A stretch of DNA of 64,000 nt from Candidatus Atelocyanobacterium thalassae (GCA_051971635.1 JBFPLN010000005.1:96001-160000); one strand, 5' to 3'. Positions 33,021-44,768 are shown, counted from the first letter of the stretch. Program-made: numbers and translations. Notes: generated by a model from the sequence alone, not told the origin.

Positions 33021-33716
33021 TTAAATCCTACCATAATAAGCAACCTTTTTATCAGATTGCCAGGCCCATATTTGATCTCCTAGAGAAAAATGCCACCATT
33101 CATTAGGGTGTCTTAAAAATCCATAATTACCCATGACTTTATTTAAAATTTCTCTTCTCTGACTATAAGCTATTGCTTTAAAATTATTGTTTTGGGAATA
33201 ATAGTAAGGCTGCGATTTTTCAGATAAGTCATCAATTTCACTGCCCATATCTAATAAGTTTCCTTTAGAATCAACTAAGGTTAAATCAATAGCTGCTCCA
33301 GTACTATGTGGTGGTGGAGTAGCATAGTCTTCAGAAGGAATGGCCCAAACCTTGTAGACTTGATCAAGAAGTTCTTTTCTTTCTAAAATAGATAATCGTC
33401 TTAAAATTAACTTTCTTTTTTTAATTAAACGAGAAAAAGTATAATCTACCATGAATTGTTGAACACTTATAGGACGATAAGCATCAAAGATATGGAGTTT
33501 CCACCCTCCATATCTTGTTTGTAAATGGTTTTGTACATCTTGAAGAGCTTTTAAAACTCCAGAACGCAAATAATAAGGTGATTTGTTTTCATACATAGCT
33601 CCTAATCCTTTGTAAGGATGTGGATTTTGAACAGAAAAATATTTTAAAGGAATAGGAACAAGATCGTCTTGACAATCTTGAATTAAGATATTGCTATAGT
33701 TTTTTATCGAGTTCAT
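33021..33716 (-). CDS. ddpX: D-alanyl-D-alanine dipeptidase (VanX/DdpX, M15)
   Basis: FDAYRP, PPPHSTGAAIDLTL, DMGS..D, EWWHF. Confidence 0.92.
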   Translation of the reverse strand: MNSIKNYSNILIQDCQDDLVPIPLKYFSVQNPHPYKGLGAMYENKSPYYLRSGVLKALQDVQNHLQTRYGGWKLHIFDAYRPISVQQFMVDYTFSRLIKKRKLILRRLSILERKELLDQVYKVWAIPSEDYATPPPHSTGAAIDLTLVDSKGNLLDMGSEIDDLSEKSQPYYYSQNNNFKAIAYSQRREILNKVMGNYGFLRHPNEWWHFSLGDQIWAWQSDKKVAYYGRI

Positions 33717-33828
33717 GTAAATTTTTTTTTATTATTTACTTATAACTTAAAAGATCATTTATTTCGCTATTACACAATCATAAAAAAATTAATAGATATC
33801 AATTATGGAGAAAATTATTAATTAAAGA

Positions 33829-35493
33829 CTATTGATCTGTATCTTTGCTCTTAGAACGATTAATCGTCCAAAATGGAAATGTTTGATTTAAGTTAAAAAT
33901 AGTTCCACTAATATTATTTTGAATAAATATATATTCTTTAGTTTGCCAAAGAGGAATATAAGGAACGTCTTCAACTAGAATTTCCTGAATTTTAACAAAA
34001 ACTTCTTCTCTTTTTCGTGAATCTAATATTTTCCGTTGTTGAATAATTAGTTGGTTCATTTTTTCATTATGATAAAATGAACCTTGAACTTGGGAACTTC
34101 CTTCTATGCATCTTTGTTCTGCTGTTCCTTGGGTGCAACTTAAGAAAGGGTAAATATAATTATCTGCATCTAAAAAATCTGGATACCAACTAGAAAGAAT
34201 TGACTGATAGGAACCTAGACTTAAATTTTTAAAAAAAGCTACTGAAGATATATTATTAGGAATAAACTTTAATAATCCTCCTAATTCTCTTTTTGCTAAG
34301 CTTTTAAGAATAGCGGCCGCTTGACTCATATTTACTGAATCAGAAGAGTACCATAGTTCAACTATAGCAGGATTTTTTTCAGAAAATCCTGCTTCAATTA
34401 AAAGTTGCTTAGCTTCATTTATATTATTAAGTTTATTTTTAAAAACAGGACGAGAAACGCTGAAAGATTCTGGGATTAAAGTATATACAGGTCTACTTTG
34501 TCCTCTAAAGATACGTTCGTTAAGCAGTTCTCGATCTATTAATGCTGCAATTGCTTGTCTGACAACTTTTTGATCAGTAAATTCTGTATTGACATTTAAA
34601 GCCATAAAGGTGATATTCGTACTTAAGTTTTCGATAACTTTTCCTTTTCCCATACGAGATTCTTTTAATAAATGCTCAATTTGTTCAGTAGTGAGAGACT
34701 GATAAGCAATATCGATACTTTGAGTACGGAAAGCATTAAAAAGATTAGCTGCATTATTCGGATAAATTTGTAAATTAATGCCTTTGTTTTTAGGTTTTTC
34801 TCCCCAGTAATCATCAAAGATGTCTAATTCTAATAAACCAGTACGAAAATTTCTTAACCTATACGGCCCTGTCCCGACAAAACTGTTTGGAGTAAATTTT
34901 CCTTTGCCTATTTGATAAGCTTTAGGAGATATTGCACAAATTCCAGGAAAAGCTAAAAGAGCAGGAAAAGCAGAAAAAGGCTCTTTTAATGTAATAATTA
35001 GCTCATAATCTCCATTAGTTTCTATTTTTTCAATAGTGTTAGTTAATAGAAAAGAGGGCTTTCCTCCATTAGCCATAAATCTCTCTAAAGAAAAAGCCAT
35101 CGCTTCGGCATTGAAAGATGTCCCATCGTGAAATTTCACCCCTCTCCTGAGATGAATAGTATAAACAAGGCCATTCTTACTAATGGTAGGCATTTCTACA
35201 GCCAATTGGGGTTTTAAGTTAGTATTCCCTAACTCATAAGTGTAAAGAGTATCGCTTAAATTATAAATAATCATCATTCCAGATAACTCATAATTGTCTG
35301 CTGGATCTATGGTACGTGGCTGAAAGGTCGTGCCAATAGTGATGCGGTTATCGTTATCTTCGGACAGAGGAAAAAATACTGATTCTGATCGCTGATTGCA
35401 ACTTGTTGTTAATACTAAATAGGTACTGAGAAATGATAGGGTTATTAGCCTTCTTACCTTATGTGACTGTTTCCAAAACCCATTTGTAATCAT
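33829..35493 (-). CDS. ABC transporter peptide-binding lipoprotein (family 5, DppA/DdpA-like)
   Basis: Lipobox-like LTTSC, TIDPAD.Y, LA..MP, KFHDGT.FNA, VGTGPY, WYPDFLDADNY. Confidence 0.9.
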   Translation of the reverse strand: MITNGFWKQSHKVRRLITLSFLSTYLVLTTSCNQRSESVFFPLSEDNDNRITIGTTFQPRTIDPADNYELSGMMIIYNLSDTLYTYELGNTNLKPQLAVEMPTISKNGLVYTIHLRRGVKFHDGTSFNAEAMAFSLERFMANGGKPSFLLTNTIEKIETNGDYELIITLKEPFSAFPALLAFPGICAISPKAYQIGKGKFTPNSFVGTGPYRLRNFRTGLLELDIFDDYWGEKPKNKGINLQIYPNNAANLFNAFRTQSIDIAYQSLTTEQIEHLLKESRMGKGKVIENLSTNITFMALNVNTEFTDQKVVRQAIAALIDRELLNERIFRGQSRPVYTLIPESFSVSRPVFKNKLNNINEAKQLLIEAGFSEKNPAIVELWYSSDSVNMSQAAAILKSLAKRELGGLLKFIPNNISSVAFFKNLSLGSYQSILSSWYPDFLDADNYIYPFLSCTQGTAEQRCIEGSSQVQGSFYHNEKMNQLIIQQRKILDSRKREEVFVKIQEILVEDVPYIPLWQTKEYIFIQNNISGTIFNLNQTFPFWTINRSKSKDTDQ

Positions 35494-35784
35494 ATTCTAT
35501 ATTTTTTATAAGTAAATTTATCTTTTTTATGTTTAGGAGAAATGATTTTTTAAATTTTAAAAGTAAAAGTTCATAATTTAATTATAAATATTTAATATTA
35601 GTTTGACTAAGGTTTTAATAAATTTTTAAAAAATAGAAATCATTAACACTATAAGACTATAAAATTATTTTTACTAAAAAAATAAAAAAATATAGTTTTA
35701 ATTGTAAGATTATTTATTTAGTTTATATAAGCTAAAGATTAGCAGAGCCTGTTACGATAGACTTTAGTAAGTTAAATTCTAATT

Positions 35785-36954
35785 TTGAAAATGACACATA
35801 TAAGTAGTATTTTGCCTCATGGTGGTCAATTAGTTGATCGTATTGCATCTTCAAATAAAAGAGAAGAATTTTTATCTCAAAAAGATAGCTTACCAAGATT
35901 AGCATTAGAAGAACGTACTATTTCTGATCTCATTATGATAGCCATTGGAGGATTTAGTCCTCTCACAGGTTTTATGGGAAAAGATGACTACCAGTCGGTA
36001 GTTCAAAATATGCATTTAAATAACGGAATTCCTTGGTCAATTCCAATTACACTACCTGTTCAGGAAGACATTGCAAATTCTTTCAAAGAAGGAGAATTAA
36101 TTAGGTTAGATAATTTGAATGGCGAATTTATCGGAGTTCTAGAATTAACTCAAAAATATGAATATGAAAAAAATAAAGAAGCCATAAACGTTTATAAAAC
36201 TGAAGATGATAAACATCCTGGAGTCCAAGTATTATATAAACAAGGAAAAATTAATCTAGCTGGGCCTATATGGTTATTAAAACGAAATGAGAACGAACTA
36301 TTTCCAAAATATCAAATAGATCCCAAGGCATCTAGAAAATTATTTCAGGAAAAAAAATGGTCTACTATAGTCGGATTCCAAACGCGTAATCCAATTCATC
36401 GAGCTCATGAGTACATTCAAAAATGTGCTTTAGAGATTGTAGATGGTTTATTTTTACATCCTTTGGTTGGTGCTACCAAGAGTGATGATATCCCTGCAGA
36501 TGTCAGGATGAGGTGCTACGAAATTATGATAGATAATTATTTTCCTCAAGAAAGAGTCATATTAGCGATTAATCCATCAGCTATGCGATATGCAGGTCCT
36601 AGAGAAGCAATATTTCATGCAATTATACGTAAGAATTATGGTTGTACTCACTTTATAGTGGGTAGAGATCATGCAGGAGTTGGTGATTACTACGGGACTT
36701 ATGATGCTCAAGACATCTTTAACGAATTTGATTCAAGTGCATTAGGTATCATCCCAATGAAATTTGAGCATGCTTTTTATTGCAAACAAACACAGCAAAT
36801 GGCTACTAGCAAAACAAGTCCTAGCAAAGAAGATCAACGAATTCATCTATCAGGAACTAAAGTTAGGGAAATGTTAAGAAATGGAGAAATGCCACCTACG
36901 CAATTTTCTCGCCCGGAAGTTGCTTCAGAACTCATAAAAGCAATGAACAATTGA
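35785..36954 (+). CDS. sat: Sulfate adenylyltransferase
   Basis: [51 protein letters not shown]. Confidence 0.97.
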   Translation: MKMTHISSILPHGGQLVDRIASSNKREEFLSQKDSLPRLALEERTISDLIMIAIGGFSPLTGFMGKDDYQSVVQNMHLNNGIPWSIPITLPVQEDIANSFKEGELIRLDNLNGEFIGVLELTQKYEYEKNKEAINVYKTEDDKHPGVQVLYKQGKINLAGPIWLLKRNENELFPKYQIDPKASRKLFQEKKWSTIVGFQTRNPIHRAHEYIQKCALEIVDGLFLHPLVGATKSDDIPADVRMRCYEIMIDNYFPQERVILAINPSAMRYAGPREAIFHAIIRKNYGCTHFIVGRDHAGVGDYYGTYDAQDIFNEFDSSALGIIPMKFEHAFYCKQTQQMATSKTSPSKEDQRIHLSGTKVREMLRNGEMPPTQFSRPEVASELIKAMNN

Positions 36955-37104
36955 AATTAATAAGTTAAAAGGAGTCAGAATAAAGATTATTATTAATTTT
37001 TTAACTCACTCCTTAAAAACGTTATAATTACAGTATATAATTCAATCCATACATTGTAGAGTAAGTTTTATAGCGTTATTTCCCCAAGAGAGCAAATAGG
37101 AATC

Positions 37105-39333
37105 ATGAAATGGGATCGACGAACTTTTTTACAGACCTTACTCACCTGGGGGATTGCTCAGGGAAGTATTATATGGCCAAGCTACAATAGTAGACTTTAT
37201 AAATACCATAAGGCCTTAGCAGAATCCACAAATCGTAAGTTAGCTTTATTAATTGGTATTAATACTTATACCAAAGGTCTTAGTTTGAAAGGCTGCCTAA
37301 CCGATGTTGAGATACAAAAGGATTTATTAGTTAATCGTTTTGGCTTTCACCCAAAAAATATTCTTACCTTAGTTAATGAACAAGCTACTTGTCAAAATAT
37401 TAAGAATGCTTTTATAGAACATTTAGTGAATCAGGCCAAAGCAGGTGATGTTGTCTTAGTTCACTTTAGTGGTTATGGAGCCCAAGTTAAAATTCCTCAA
37501 AGTAGAATATCTACTGTTTCAAACCATCCAATTTTGACTCAAGGAATTATTCCTAGTATAGGTAACCAAACAACTAAGCATATAAATCTCACCAACAGTA
37601 TTCTTCAAGAAACACTATGTTTATTTGGGAAACTAATAGATACAGAAAAATTAACTATGGTTTTTGATACTAGTTATCATAGTACTGGAGAAATCAATCA
37701 AGGAAATTTGAGAGTACGCTCACTACCATATCAATTATTAGAAACAGATATAGATGAGTTAATTCTGCAAACAGAATTAAAAAATAAAATCCAGAATGAT
37801 AAAGTTTCAGCTAACTGTGGAATTATTTTATCTGCTGCTGGGAAAAATCAAATTGCTACAGAAATTAAAGGAAATGGTTTTAGTGCAGGGCTCTTCACAT
37901 ATGCATTAACTCAATATTTATGGTCAGTTACTCCTGCTAGTCAGATTAATATAGCTCTAAACAAAGCTACAGAAGAAATTCTTCCAATCATGGGAGAAAG
38001 CCAGAAACCAGAACAAAAAGATAGTGCTCAAAACTCTTTTCTTGCATATCATCTTTTGCCTACTAATTTCCAAGGAGCAGAGGCTTTAATTAGTCATGCT
38101 GAAGATCTTGACAATATTCAAATTATTTTTACTGGATTTTCGGCTAATATTCTTAGACATTATGGACTAAATTCTATTTTTCACACTATTTCTTCCAATT
38201 CATTATCTTTTTTTCAATTACATTCTCATGATGGATTGAAGGGTAAAGTACACCAAATTCTTAAAGGAGTAAAAAATTATCAACCTAGTCTAACAGGTCA
38301 ATTATTACAAGAAGCAGTTCGTTGCTTACCACGCACATTAGGATTAACTGTTGCCCTTGATTCAAAGTTACAAAGAATTGAAAGAGTGGATGCTACCAGC
38401 GCTTTTTCTGTAATTGATATCGTATCAGATATTACTAATGATGAAGAAGAACCTGTTGATTGCATTTTAGGGCTACTTGTTTCATTTTCTTCTTCAACCT
38501 CTGATTCAAGACCTTTGACTTTATCAGAAAAATCAAAATACGGATTATTTCTTCCAGGTGGGGTTCAATTTCCTAATACTTCAGGTAAAACAGGAGAAGC
38601 TATTAAATCTGCCATCGAAAGATTACGTCCAAATCTGGAGAAACTTTTAGCAGTAAAATTACTAAGATTAACCGTTAATGAAGGTTCTTCTAAATTGCTT
38701 TGCTCCATAAAACTCGAAGGACTTAATCCTGAATCTTATCCAATAGATCAAAGAAGAACTACTAGAAATAAAATATTTACCTCCCAAGCAGGGGATGTTA
38801 AAGGCAACTCTCATGACGTAGCTACCCTTCAAGGATTGCCGAAGGTCGCTCGAGGTACTCGCTTACGCTGCTGCCTGTATAATCAGGGTGACAAAAATCT
38901 TGATTTTATAATTTTCGGAATCAATAGCAACGGTAAAGTCATTGCCTATGTTCCTGCTCGCGAAGAAGGAATAGAATTAAAAACTCAAAATGCAAGTTTT
39001 TTAGAACCAGGAATAAAAAATATTATTCCTTCTATTTCAAGTGGCCTAAGTTGGACAGCATCAAGTACTAGAGGTTGGGAACAGATCTTATCAATTGCCT
39101 CAATATACCCTTTTTACAATACCTGGCAAGCCTTAAAACAAATACCAGAATTTAAGATAGAAAAAGACCAAATTATCATTCTTGAAGATCCGTTAAGTAT
39201 TGCTAAAGCGCTTCTAGAAGATTTGAATATGGCCAGTATAAAAACAAATAAGATGGTTACTTCAAGCTATGATACCTATAACCTTGACGTTAAAACCTGG
39301 TCTACTCTGAGTTTTATTTATCAAATTATTTAA
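37105..39333 (+). CDS. Pseudo-orthocaspase (caspase/C14 fold, catalytic dyad replaced) with Tat-like signal
   Basis: RRTFL twin-arginine motif; KLALLIGIN.Y, LKGCLTDV; HFSGYG (His->Tyr) and FDTSY (Cys->Ser). Confidence 0.88.
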   Translation: MKWDRRTFLQTLLTWGIAQGSIIWPSYNSRLYKYHKALAESTNRKLALLIGINTYTKGLSLKGCLTDVEIQKDLLVNRFGFHPKNILTLVNEQATCQNIKNAFIEHLVNQAKAGDVVLVHFSGYGAQVKIPQSRISTVSNHPILTQGIIPSIGNQTTKHINLTNSILQETLCLFGKLIDTEKLTMVFDTSYHSTGEINQGNLRVRSLPYQLLETDIDELILQTELKNKIQNDKVSANCGIILSAAGKNQIATEIKGNGFSAGLFTYALTQYLWSVTPASQINIALNKATEEILPIMGESQKPEQKDSAQNSFLAYHLLPTNFQGAEALISHAEDLDNIQIIFTGFSANILRHYGLNSIFHTISSNSLSFFQLHSHDGLKGKVHQILKGVKNYQPSLTGQLLQEAVRCLPRTLGLTVALDSKLQRIERVDATSAFSVIDIVSDITNDEEEPVDCILGLLVSFSSSTSDSRPLTLSEKSKYGLFLPGGVQFPNTSGKTGEAIKSAIERLRPNLEKLLAVKLLRLTVNEGSSKLLCSIKLEGLNPESYPIDQRRTTRNKIFTSQAGDVKGNSHDVATLQGLPKVARGTRLRCCLYNQGDKNLDFIIFGINSNGKVIAYVPAREEGIELKTQNASFLEPGIKNIIPSISSGLSWTASSTRGWEQILSIASIYPFYNTWQALKQIPEFKIEKDQIIILEDPLSIAKALLEDLNMASIKTNKMVTSSYDTYNLDVKTWSTLSFIYQII

Positions 39334-39676
39334 TTAAGCTTAGGATATATTAAAGCTAGAAAATTGAATTACTTAAATATAAGAACTTTTATTAAAAAAT
39401 CATAAGGTAACTACTTATATTCCCTATGAGTAGTTAATATTTATATTAATTTTTCTCCTTAACTTTGTTAACCAATCTATTTTTTTAAATCAAATTAAAG
39501 TTATTCTAACCATAATTAGAAAATAAGATTTGATTTTAGGTTAGTTTAAACAAGGTGTGTTAACTTAGATGGGTAAAACGTATAAGAATGAGACAAAGTC
39601 TGCTTCTGCTCATCTCCTCTTATCACGCTGCAAGTATCTGGTTCCTAAACCCTTGAGCTTGATATTATCAATTAAG

Positions 39677-42121
39677 ATGCTTTCATTTGTTCCACCACCT
39701 AATCTACCAGCCCAAGTCCAAGCAATTGTTACTCATGAAGAGAAACAATCTCAACCATTTTTGAATATCGATTCGCTATTAATTAATTCAAAGAAATACA
39801 GTTCTTTACCAACCAAATCGAATGGTTCAAAAGATATACTATCTTCTAGAATTACCCTTAATAGTTTTAAGAATCAATTGATTAACATAGAAAATTTTTC
39901 TGATTCAAAGGTTTTTGCCTTATCTTTATTGACAAAAAAAAATATTGATCAATTAGAAAAAGTTACTCAAAAAAAGAATTTTAATATCCTACAATCTTTC
40001 GAAAAAGATACTAATAGGTTACTAAAAAAACAAACTCCTAATGTAAGTAAAAACTTTAGTAAACAAGAAAAAAAAACATTTTTAAGTCTTGATTCAGAAA
40101 GTGAGAAACCACAACAATTAATTTCTAATATACTTATAAAAAATAAATCTTTTATAAGTCAACAAATTAAAACTGCATCTAAACTTACTCCTAAAAAAAT
40201 AATTGGGGTAGTGGAATTAATTGCAGATCGTCAAGAATATGACTCTGAAAAAGAAATAGTATACGCAGAAGGAAAAGTCGTTATGCGTTTTACTAATGGA
40301 GTTTTATTAGCTGATCGTCTATGGATAAATCTCCCTAATAGGTTTGCCGTAGCTGAAGGTAATGTGGTCTTAGATCGAGGAGAACAAACATTACGAGGAG
40401 AGAGATTCGAATATTATTTTGTCCAGGATAGCGGAGTCATTCTCAATGCAAGCGGACAAATATATCAGCCCACAACAGGACAGGATTTCACTCCTACTTT
40501 GCCTACTTCTGCTGATAGTAATTTAATTCCCAATCAAATTTTAAACGAAAGATTAGCCCTTGAACAACCATTGAAGAAAGTTACTAGGGCAGAAGGAATA
40601 AGTTATTCTTTTGGGTTATCACTAGAAGAGGATAACATTCAGAATATGGGAGCTAATGCAGGCCAACGGAATGGAGGACAAATTAATAGAATTCGTTTTC
40701 AAGCAGAACGAATAGAATTTGATGCTAATGGTTGGCAAGCTACTAATGCTAGATTAACTAACGATCCATTTTCTCCTCCTGAAGTTGAAGTCCGTGCTGA
40801 AACAGCTACTTATAGAAATATAGCTCCTTTAATAGATGAGGTGAAACTCACTAACTCGAGAGTTGTTCTCGATCAAATAAATTCTTTTCCAACTCAAGAT
40901 CGCCTTATATTTGACCATAGAGATCGTCAACCAGGAGTTATTTCTTTTGGATTCGATGATCGCGATAGAGGAGGATTGTTTGTAGAAAGAGGATTCAATA
41001 TTGTTGATACGGATAATATAAATTGGGAAATAACACCTCAATACTATATTCAGAAAGGTTTTTCTCCTCAAGGATTAACTGTTGATGATCAAAATACGGA
41101 CCTGTTTCAAGAAGACAAAGATGATATCGATGTAATAAGTCCTCCTGCTTTCGGTTTGGTTAATGAAATTAACGCCAATTTAAATGAAAAAACTACGTTT
41201 TTTGCCAGAACTTCTCTTACAAGTTTAGAACTTGATGATATAGAAGATAGATTGAGAGTTAAAAGTTTTGCACAATATAGGATTGGTAATCCAGCTACTC
41301 CCCATGATTTAAGATTTGAATATAACTATCGCGAACGTCTTTTTAATGGTTCTCTAGGATTCCAAACAGTTCGTAGTAGTGCTGGAATTCTTCTTGTTTC
41401 TCCTGATATTGCTTTGGATAAGTCAGGCCTTAGGTTAAGCTATCAAGGTTCGTTCCAAACTGTTAATGCTGATACAGATAGGCACAGTTTGCTTGGACTT
41501 AATTCTAGTGATAATCGAATTAGCTTGACTCGGCTTCAAGGGGCTGTCTCTTTAAATCGTCCATTTTTGTTATGGTATGGAAAAGCTCTTCCTCCTGATC
41601 CAGAACAAGGTTTGAAATATACTACAACTCCAGTTTTACCTTTCTTAGTTCTATCAACTGGAGTTACTGGAGTCACGAGTTTGTATGGTAATGGAGATTC
41701 TCAGCCTTCTATTTTAGGAAATATTAGATTATCTGGACAAGTTGGAAATTTTTCCAAACCATTCTTAGATTATACTGGATTTAATATTAGTTTTAGCCAA
41801 GCACTTCGAGGAGATCCCTCTCCATTTATGTTTGATCGTTTTGCAGATCTGAAAACTTTATCTTGGGGAATAAGTCAACAATTATATGGCCCAGTTCGTC
41901 TTGGAGTACAAAGTTCTTACAATATAGATAGGGATCGCGAAATTAATACTGATTTATTCATTGAATACAGTCGTCGTACATATAGCGTTTTATTACGGTA
42001 TAATTCAGTGTTGAAGGTTGGTTCTCTTTCCTTACGTATTAGCGACTTTAATTGGGGAGGAAATCCAGGCCCATTTGACGGTACAGGTATTAGACCTGTT
42101 ATTCAAGGGATGCCTCGCTAG
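39677..42121 (+). CDS. DUF3769 / LptD(OstA)-like outer-membrane biogenesis protein
   Basis: ADRQEYD, AEG.V, TNDPFSPPE, YRERLFNGSLG, QLYGPVRLG, YSRRTY; start MLSFVPPP at 39677 preferred over 39569. Confidence 0.85.
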   Translation: MLSFVPPPNLPAQVQAIVTHEEKQSQPFLNIDSLLINSKKYSSLPTKSNGSKDILSSRITLNSFKNQLINIENFSDSKVFALSLLTKKNIDQLEKVTQKKNFNILQSFEKDTNRLLKKQTPNVSKNFSKQEKKTFLSLDSESEKPQQLISNILIKNKSFISQQIKTASKLTPKKIIGVVELIADRQEYDSEKEIVYAEGKVVMRFTNGVLLADRLWINLPNRFAVAEGNVVLDRGEQTLRGERFEYYFVQDSGVILNASGQIYQPTTGQDFTPTLPTSADSNLIPNQILNERLALEQPLKKVTRAEGISYSFGLSLEEDNIQNMGANAGQRNGGQINRIRFQAERIEFDANGWQATNARLTNDPFSPPEVEVRAETATYRNIAPLIDEVKLTNSRVVLDQINSFPTQDRLIFDHRDRQPGVISFGFDDRDRGGLFVERGFNIVDTDNINWEITPQYYIQKGFSPQGLTVDDQNTDLFQEDKDDIDVISPPAFGLVNEINANLNEKTTFFARTSLTSLELDDIEDRLRVKSFAQYRIGNPATPHDLRFEYNYRERLFNGSLGFQTVRSSAGILLVSPDIALDKSGLRLSYQGSFQTVNADTDRHSLLGLNSSDNRISLTRLQGAVSLNRPFLLWYGKALPPDPEQGLKYTTTPVLPFLVLSTGVTGVTSLYGNGDSQPSILGNIRLSGQVGNFSKPFLDYTGFNISFSQALRGDPSPFMFDRFADLKTLSWGISQQLYGPVRLGVQSSYNIDRDREINTDLFIEYSRRTYSVLLRYNSVLKVGSLSLRISDFNWGGNPGPFDGTGIRPVIQGMPR

Positions 42122-42200
42122 ACAAAATATCGTGATATAATAATAAGCTTGAGTTCAAAACTCATTAACACAATTCAAAGTATAAGGACGTAAAGTTAGA

Positions 42201-42449
42201 ATGATTAAATTAAGATTAAAAAAATTTGGGAAAAAAAGAGAGGCCAGTTATAGAATAGTTGCTATAAAAAGCAGAGCTCGTAGAGATGGACGTCCTCTTG
42301 AAGAATTAGGATTTTATAATCCAAGAACTAATGAAACAAGGTTAAATATTCCTTCTATCCTAATTCGTTTAAAAAATGGTGCTCAACCAAGCGATACTGT
42401 TCGAGCTATTCTCGAAAAGGCAAAAGTTTTTGAACAAATTAATGCCTAA
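42201..42449 (+). CDS. rpsP: 30S ribosomal protein S16
   Basis: MIKLRLK..GKK....[20 protein letters not shown]. Confidence 0.98.
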   Translation: MIKLRLKKFGKKREASYRIVAIKSRARRDGRPLEELGFYNPRTNETRLNIPSILIRLKNGAQPSDTVRAILEKAKVFEQINA

Positions 42450-42849
42450 GTCTCCTGACGCATTTAGTTCTCATAATCCTAAAACTCCTGACTACCTTAA
42501 ATTGGTAGAGTTTTTAATTGAACCCTTACTAGAGTCTCCAAAATCTCTAAGTATTGATTGCGAAAAAACCAACAGTAGTCAGAAAGTTTGGATAAGATTA
42601 GCGATTGACGAAGTAGACAAAGGGCGAATTTATGGAAGAGGAGGACGTAATATTCAGGCGATTCATACTGTTCTGATTACAGCGGCAAGTACTGTAGGTC
42701 AGTCGCTTTATCTTGATATTCATAATATATCTGATATAAATATTGGTTCTCAAGCCTCCCAAAAAAATCAACTTGATCGTAAAATTGCTCGACAGAATTC
42801 TCATTCTAAAAGAGACAATACATTAAAGATTGCTCTTAAAGCTCGTTAA
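42442..42849 (+). CDS. KH-domain RNA-binding protein (KhpA-like)
   Basis: [16 protein letters not shown]xxG loop; ATG 42442 overlaps the end of rpsP. Confidence 0.88.
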   Translation: MPKSPDAFSSHNPKTPDYLKLVEFLIEPLLESPKSLSIDCEKTNSSQKVWIRLAIDEVDKGRIYGRGGRNIQAIHTVLITAASTVGQSLYLDIHNISDINIGSQASQKNQLDRKIARQNSHSKRDNTLKIALKAR

Positions 42850-42857
42850 TAAGAAAA

Positions 42858-44117
42858 ATGAAGCCCATTGATATTCTAATACTTTCAAATGGCCCAGGAG
42901 AAATAACTACCTGGGTCAGACCCGTTGTAGTTTCTTTGCGTAAACTTTTCGGAAATGACCGTTCTCAAGTTAGAATTTCAGTAATGTTATCTCCATGTCC
43001 TCACAGTACAGGACAAGAATCCCTTATCGTTGAAAACTATACTGAAGTAGATCGAGTACAATCTAGCGAGTCCTTTTTCCCTTTTATATTATTTGGCAAA
43101 ACTTCTAATAACTGGGACTGGAGAGAAAAAGGGATTGTTTTATTTTTAGGTGGAGATCAGTTTTATACTTTACTTGTTAGTAAGAGATTAGGATACAAAG
43201 CTGTAACTTACGCAGAATGGGAAGCTAGATGGTATCGCTGGCTTGATAGTTTTGCTGTAATGAATCAGTCCGTCATTGATAAAGTTCCGCAAATATATCA
43301 AAGTAAATTTGTAGTTGTTGGAGATTTGATGGCAGACTTTGATCCAACTCCATTAGATATATTAAAAATGGTTGGTAATCCTACCATTGCTCTTTTACCT
43401 GGTTCTAAAAAAGGTAAACTAACTCAAGGAGTTCCGCTTTGTCTGGCTATTGCTAAATATATATATAAACAGCGACCTAATACTCACTTTATTCTTCCAG
43501 TTGCTCCTACATTAAATATTAACGACTTAGTCTACTATGCTCAATCTAACTATAATCCTCTCGTAAGAGAGATGGGAGGAGTAGAAGCTAGTTTGATAGT
43601 TAGAAATTTTGATAAGGTAAAAAAATACTTTTTACAGATCAACAATGGACCGGAAATAGAATTAATCAGTGACTCCCCAGCACATGCTTACTTACGAAAA
43701 TGTTGTCTTGCACTGACGACTGTAGGAGCTAATACTGCAGAGCTAGGAGCCTTAGGTATTCCAATGATTGTTTTGCTACCAACTCAAAAACTAGATGCCA
43801 TGAGGACATGGGATGGTATTCCAGGTATTTTATCTAGCTTGCCATTTATTGGAAGCAAGTTTGCAAAATTTATAAACGCACAAGTTATAAAAAAAGGTCG
43901 CTTATTTGCGTGGCCTAACATATGGGCAAAAGAAAAAATTGTTCCTGAGCTAGTTGGAGAATTACAACCTGATCAAGTAGCTGAAAAAGTCTTAGATTTT
44001 TTAGATAATCCTTCAAAATTACAACAAATACACCGTAATTTACTTAAAGTTAGAGGGGATTCTGGAGCAGCTTTTCGAATTGCTAGCATTATTAAAGATC
44101 AATCAGACGACATCTAA
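42858..44117 (+). CDS. Lipid-A-disaccharide synthase-like glycosyltransferase
   Basis: SNGPGE, FLGGDQ, LLPGSK, TVGANTAELG, WPNIWA...VPEL (cyanobacterial LpxB-like). Confidence 0.8.
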   Translation: MKPIDILILSNGPGEITTWVRPVVVSLRKLFGNDRSQVRISVMLSPCPHSTGQESLIVENYTEVDRVQSSESFFPFILFGKTSNNWDWREKGIVLFLGGDQFYTLLVSKRLGYKAVTYAEWEARWYRWLDSFAVMNQSVIDKVPQIYQSKFVVVGDLMADFDPTPLDILKMVGNPTIALLPGSKKGKLTQGVPLCLAIAKYIYKQRPNTHFILPVAPTLNINDLVYYAQSNYNPLVREMGGVEASLIVRNFDKVKKYFLQINNGPEIELISDSPAHAYLRKCCLALTTVGANTAELGALGIPMIVLLPTQKLDAMRTWDGIPGILSSLPFIGSKFAKFINAQVIKKGRLFAWPNIWAKEKIVPELVGELQPDQVAEKVLDFLDNPSKLQQIHRNLLKVRGDSGAAFRIASIIKDQSDDI

Positions 44118-44354
44118 TATTTAGTTATTCTTATCAAATAGAATTAACTTGTTCTAGAATAATATGAATACTCACTCAACTTTAAGTATGTATACAGCTC
44201 TAGGTACTCATGGTGAAGAAAATATACAAAATGAGATTTAGTAATTTGTGTATACTTTTTTACTGAGAAAATATTTTTTTGAATAGAGGAATAACTTACT
44301 ATATAAATGGTAAGATCTTCTTGTCTGGCACAGTCACAATATTAAGGAAAAGCC

Positions 44355-44768
44355 ATGGTAGAAGAGACACAGCCTAAAGAAAAAAAAGAGAAAAAGGAAA
44401 AACCTCCTGCTATTGAAGATAAACCATTTACTGAATTTATAGAGCAGCATTTTGTACCTACTCTTAAAGAAAGTTTAAATAAAAAAGGGTTAACTGATAT
44501 AGAGCTATCTTTTACTCAAGCTCCAATTTCTATTATTGGAGCAAGTACCAATAAGCCTTGTTCGCAAATTATTGGTACTTGGAGTAATGGTCAACGTAAA
44601 TTTATAATTTACTTTCCCGAAGAAAGCATTAGTGGTCAAAAAGCCTTTTCTTATGGTCATAATGATAAGTTTTTTAGCACTCTTGAATCTTTTATGATAG
44701 ATGAGCGAAAAGTTACTCTAGATCTTCTAATACTGTATACATTACAGCGTATTACTAGACAGAAATAA
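44355..44768 (+). CDS. ndhV: DUF2996 protein (NdhV-like NDH-1 accessory subunit), C-terminus possibly truncated
   Basis: KPPAIEDKPFTEFI..HFVP.L; LESFMIDERKVTLDLL..YTLQR. Confidence 0.8.
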   Translation: MVEETQPKEKKEKKEKPPAIEDKPFTEFIEQHFVPTLKESLNKKGLTDIELSFTQAPISIIGASTNKPCSQIIGTWSNGQRKFIIYFPEESISGQKAFSYGHNDKFFSTLESFMIDERKVTLDLLILYTLQRITRQK

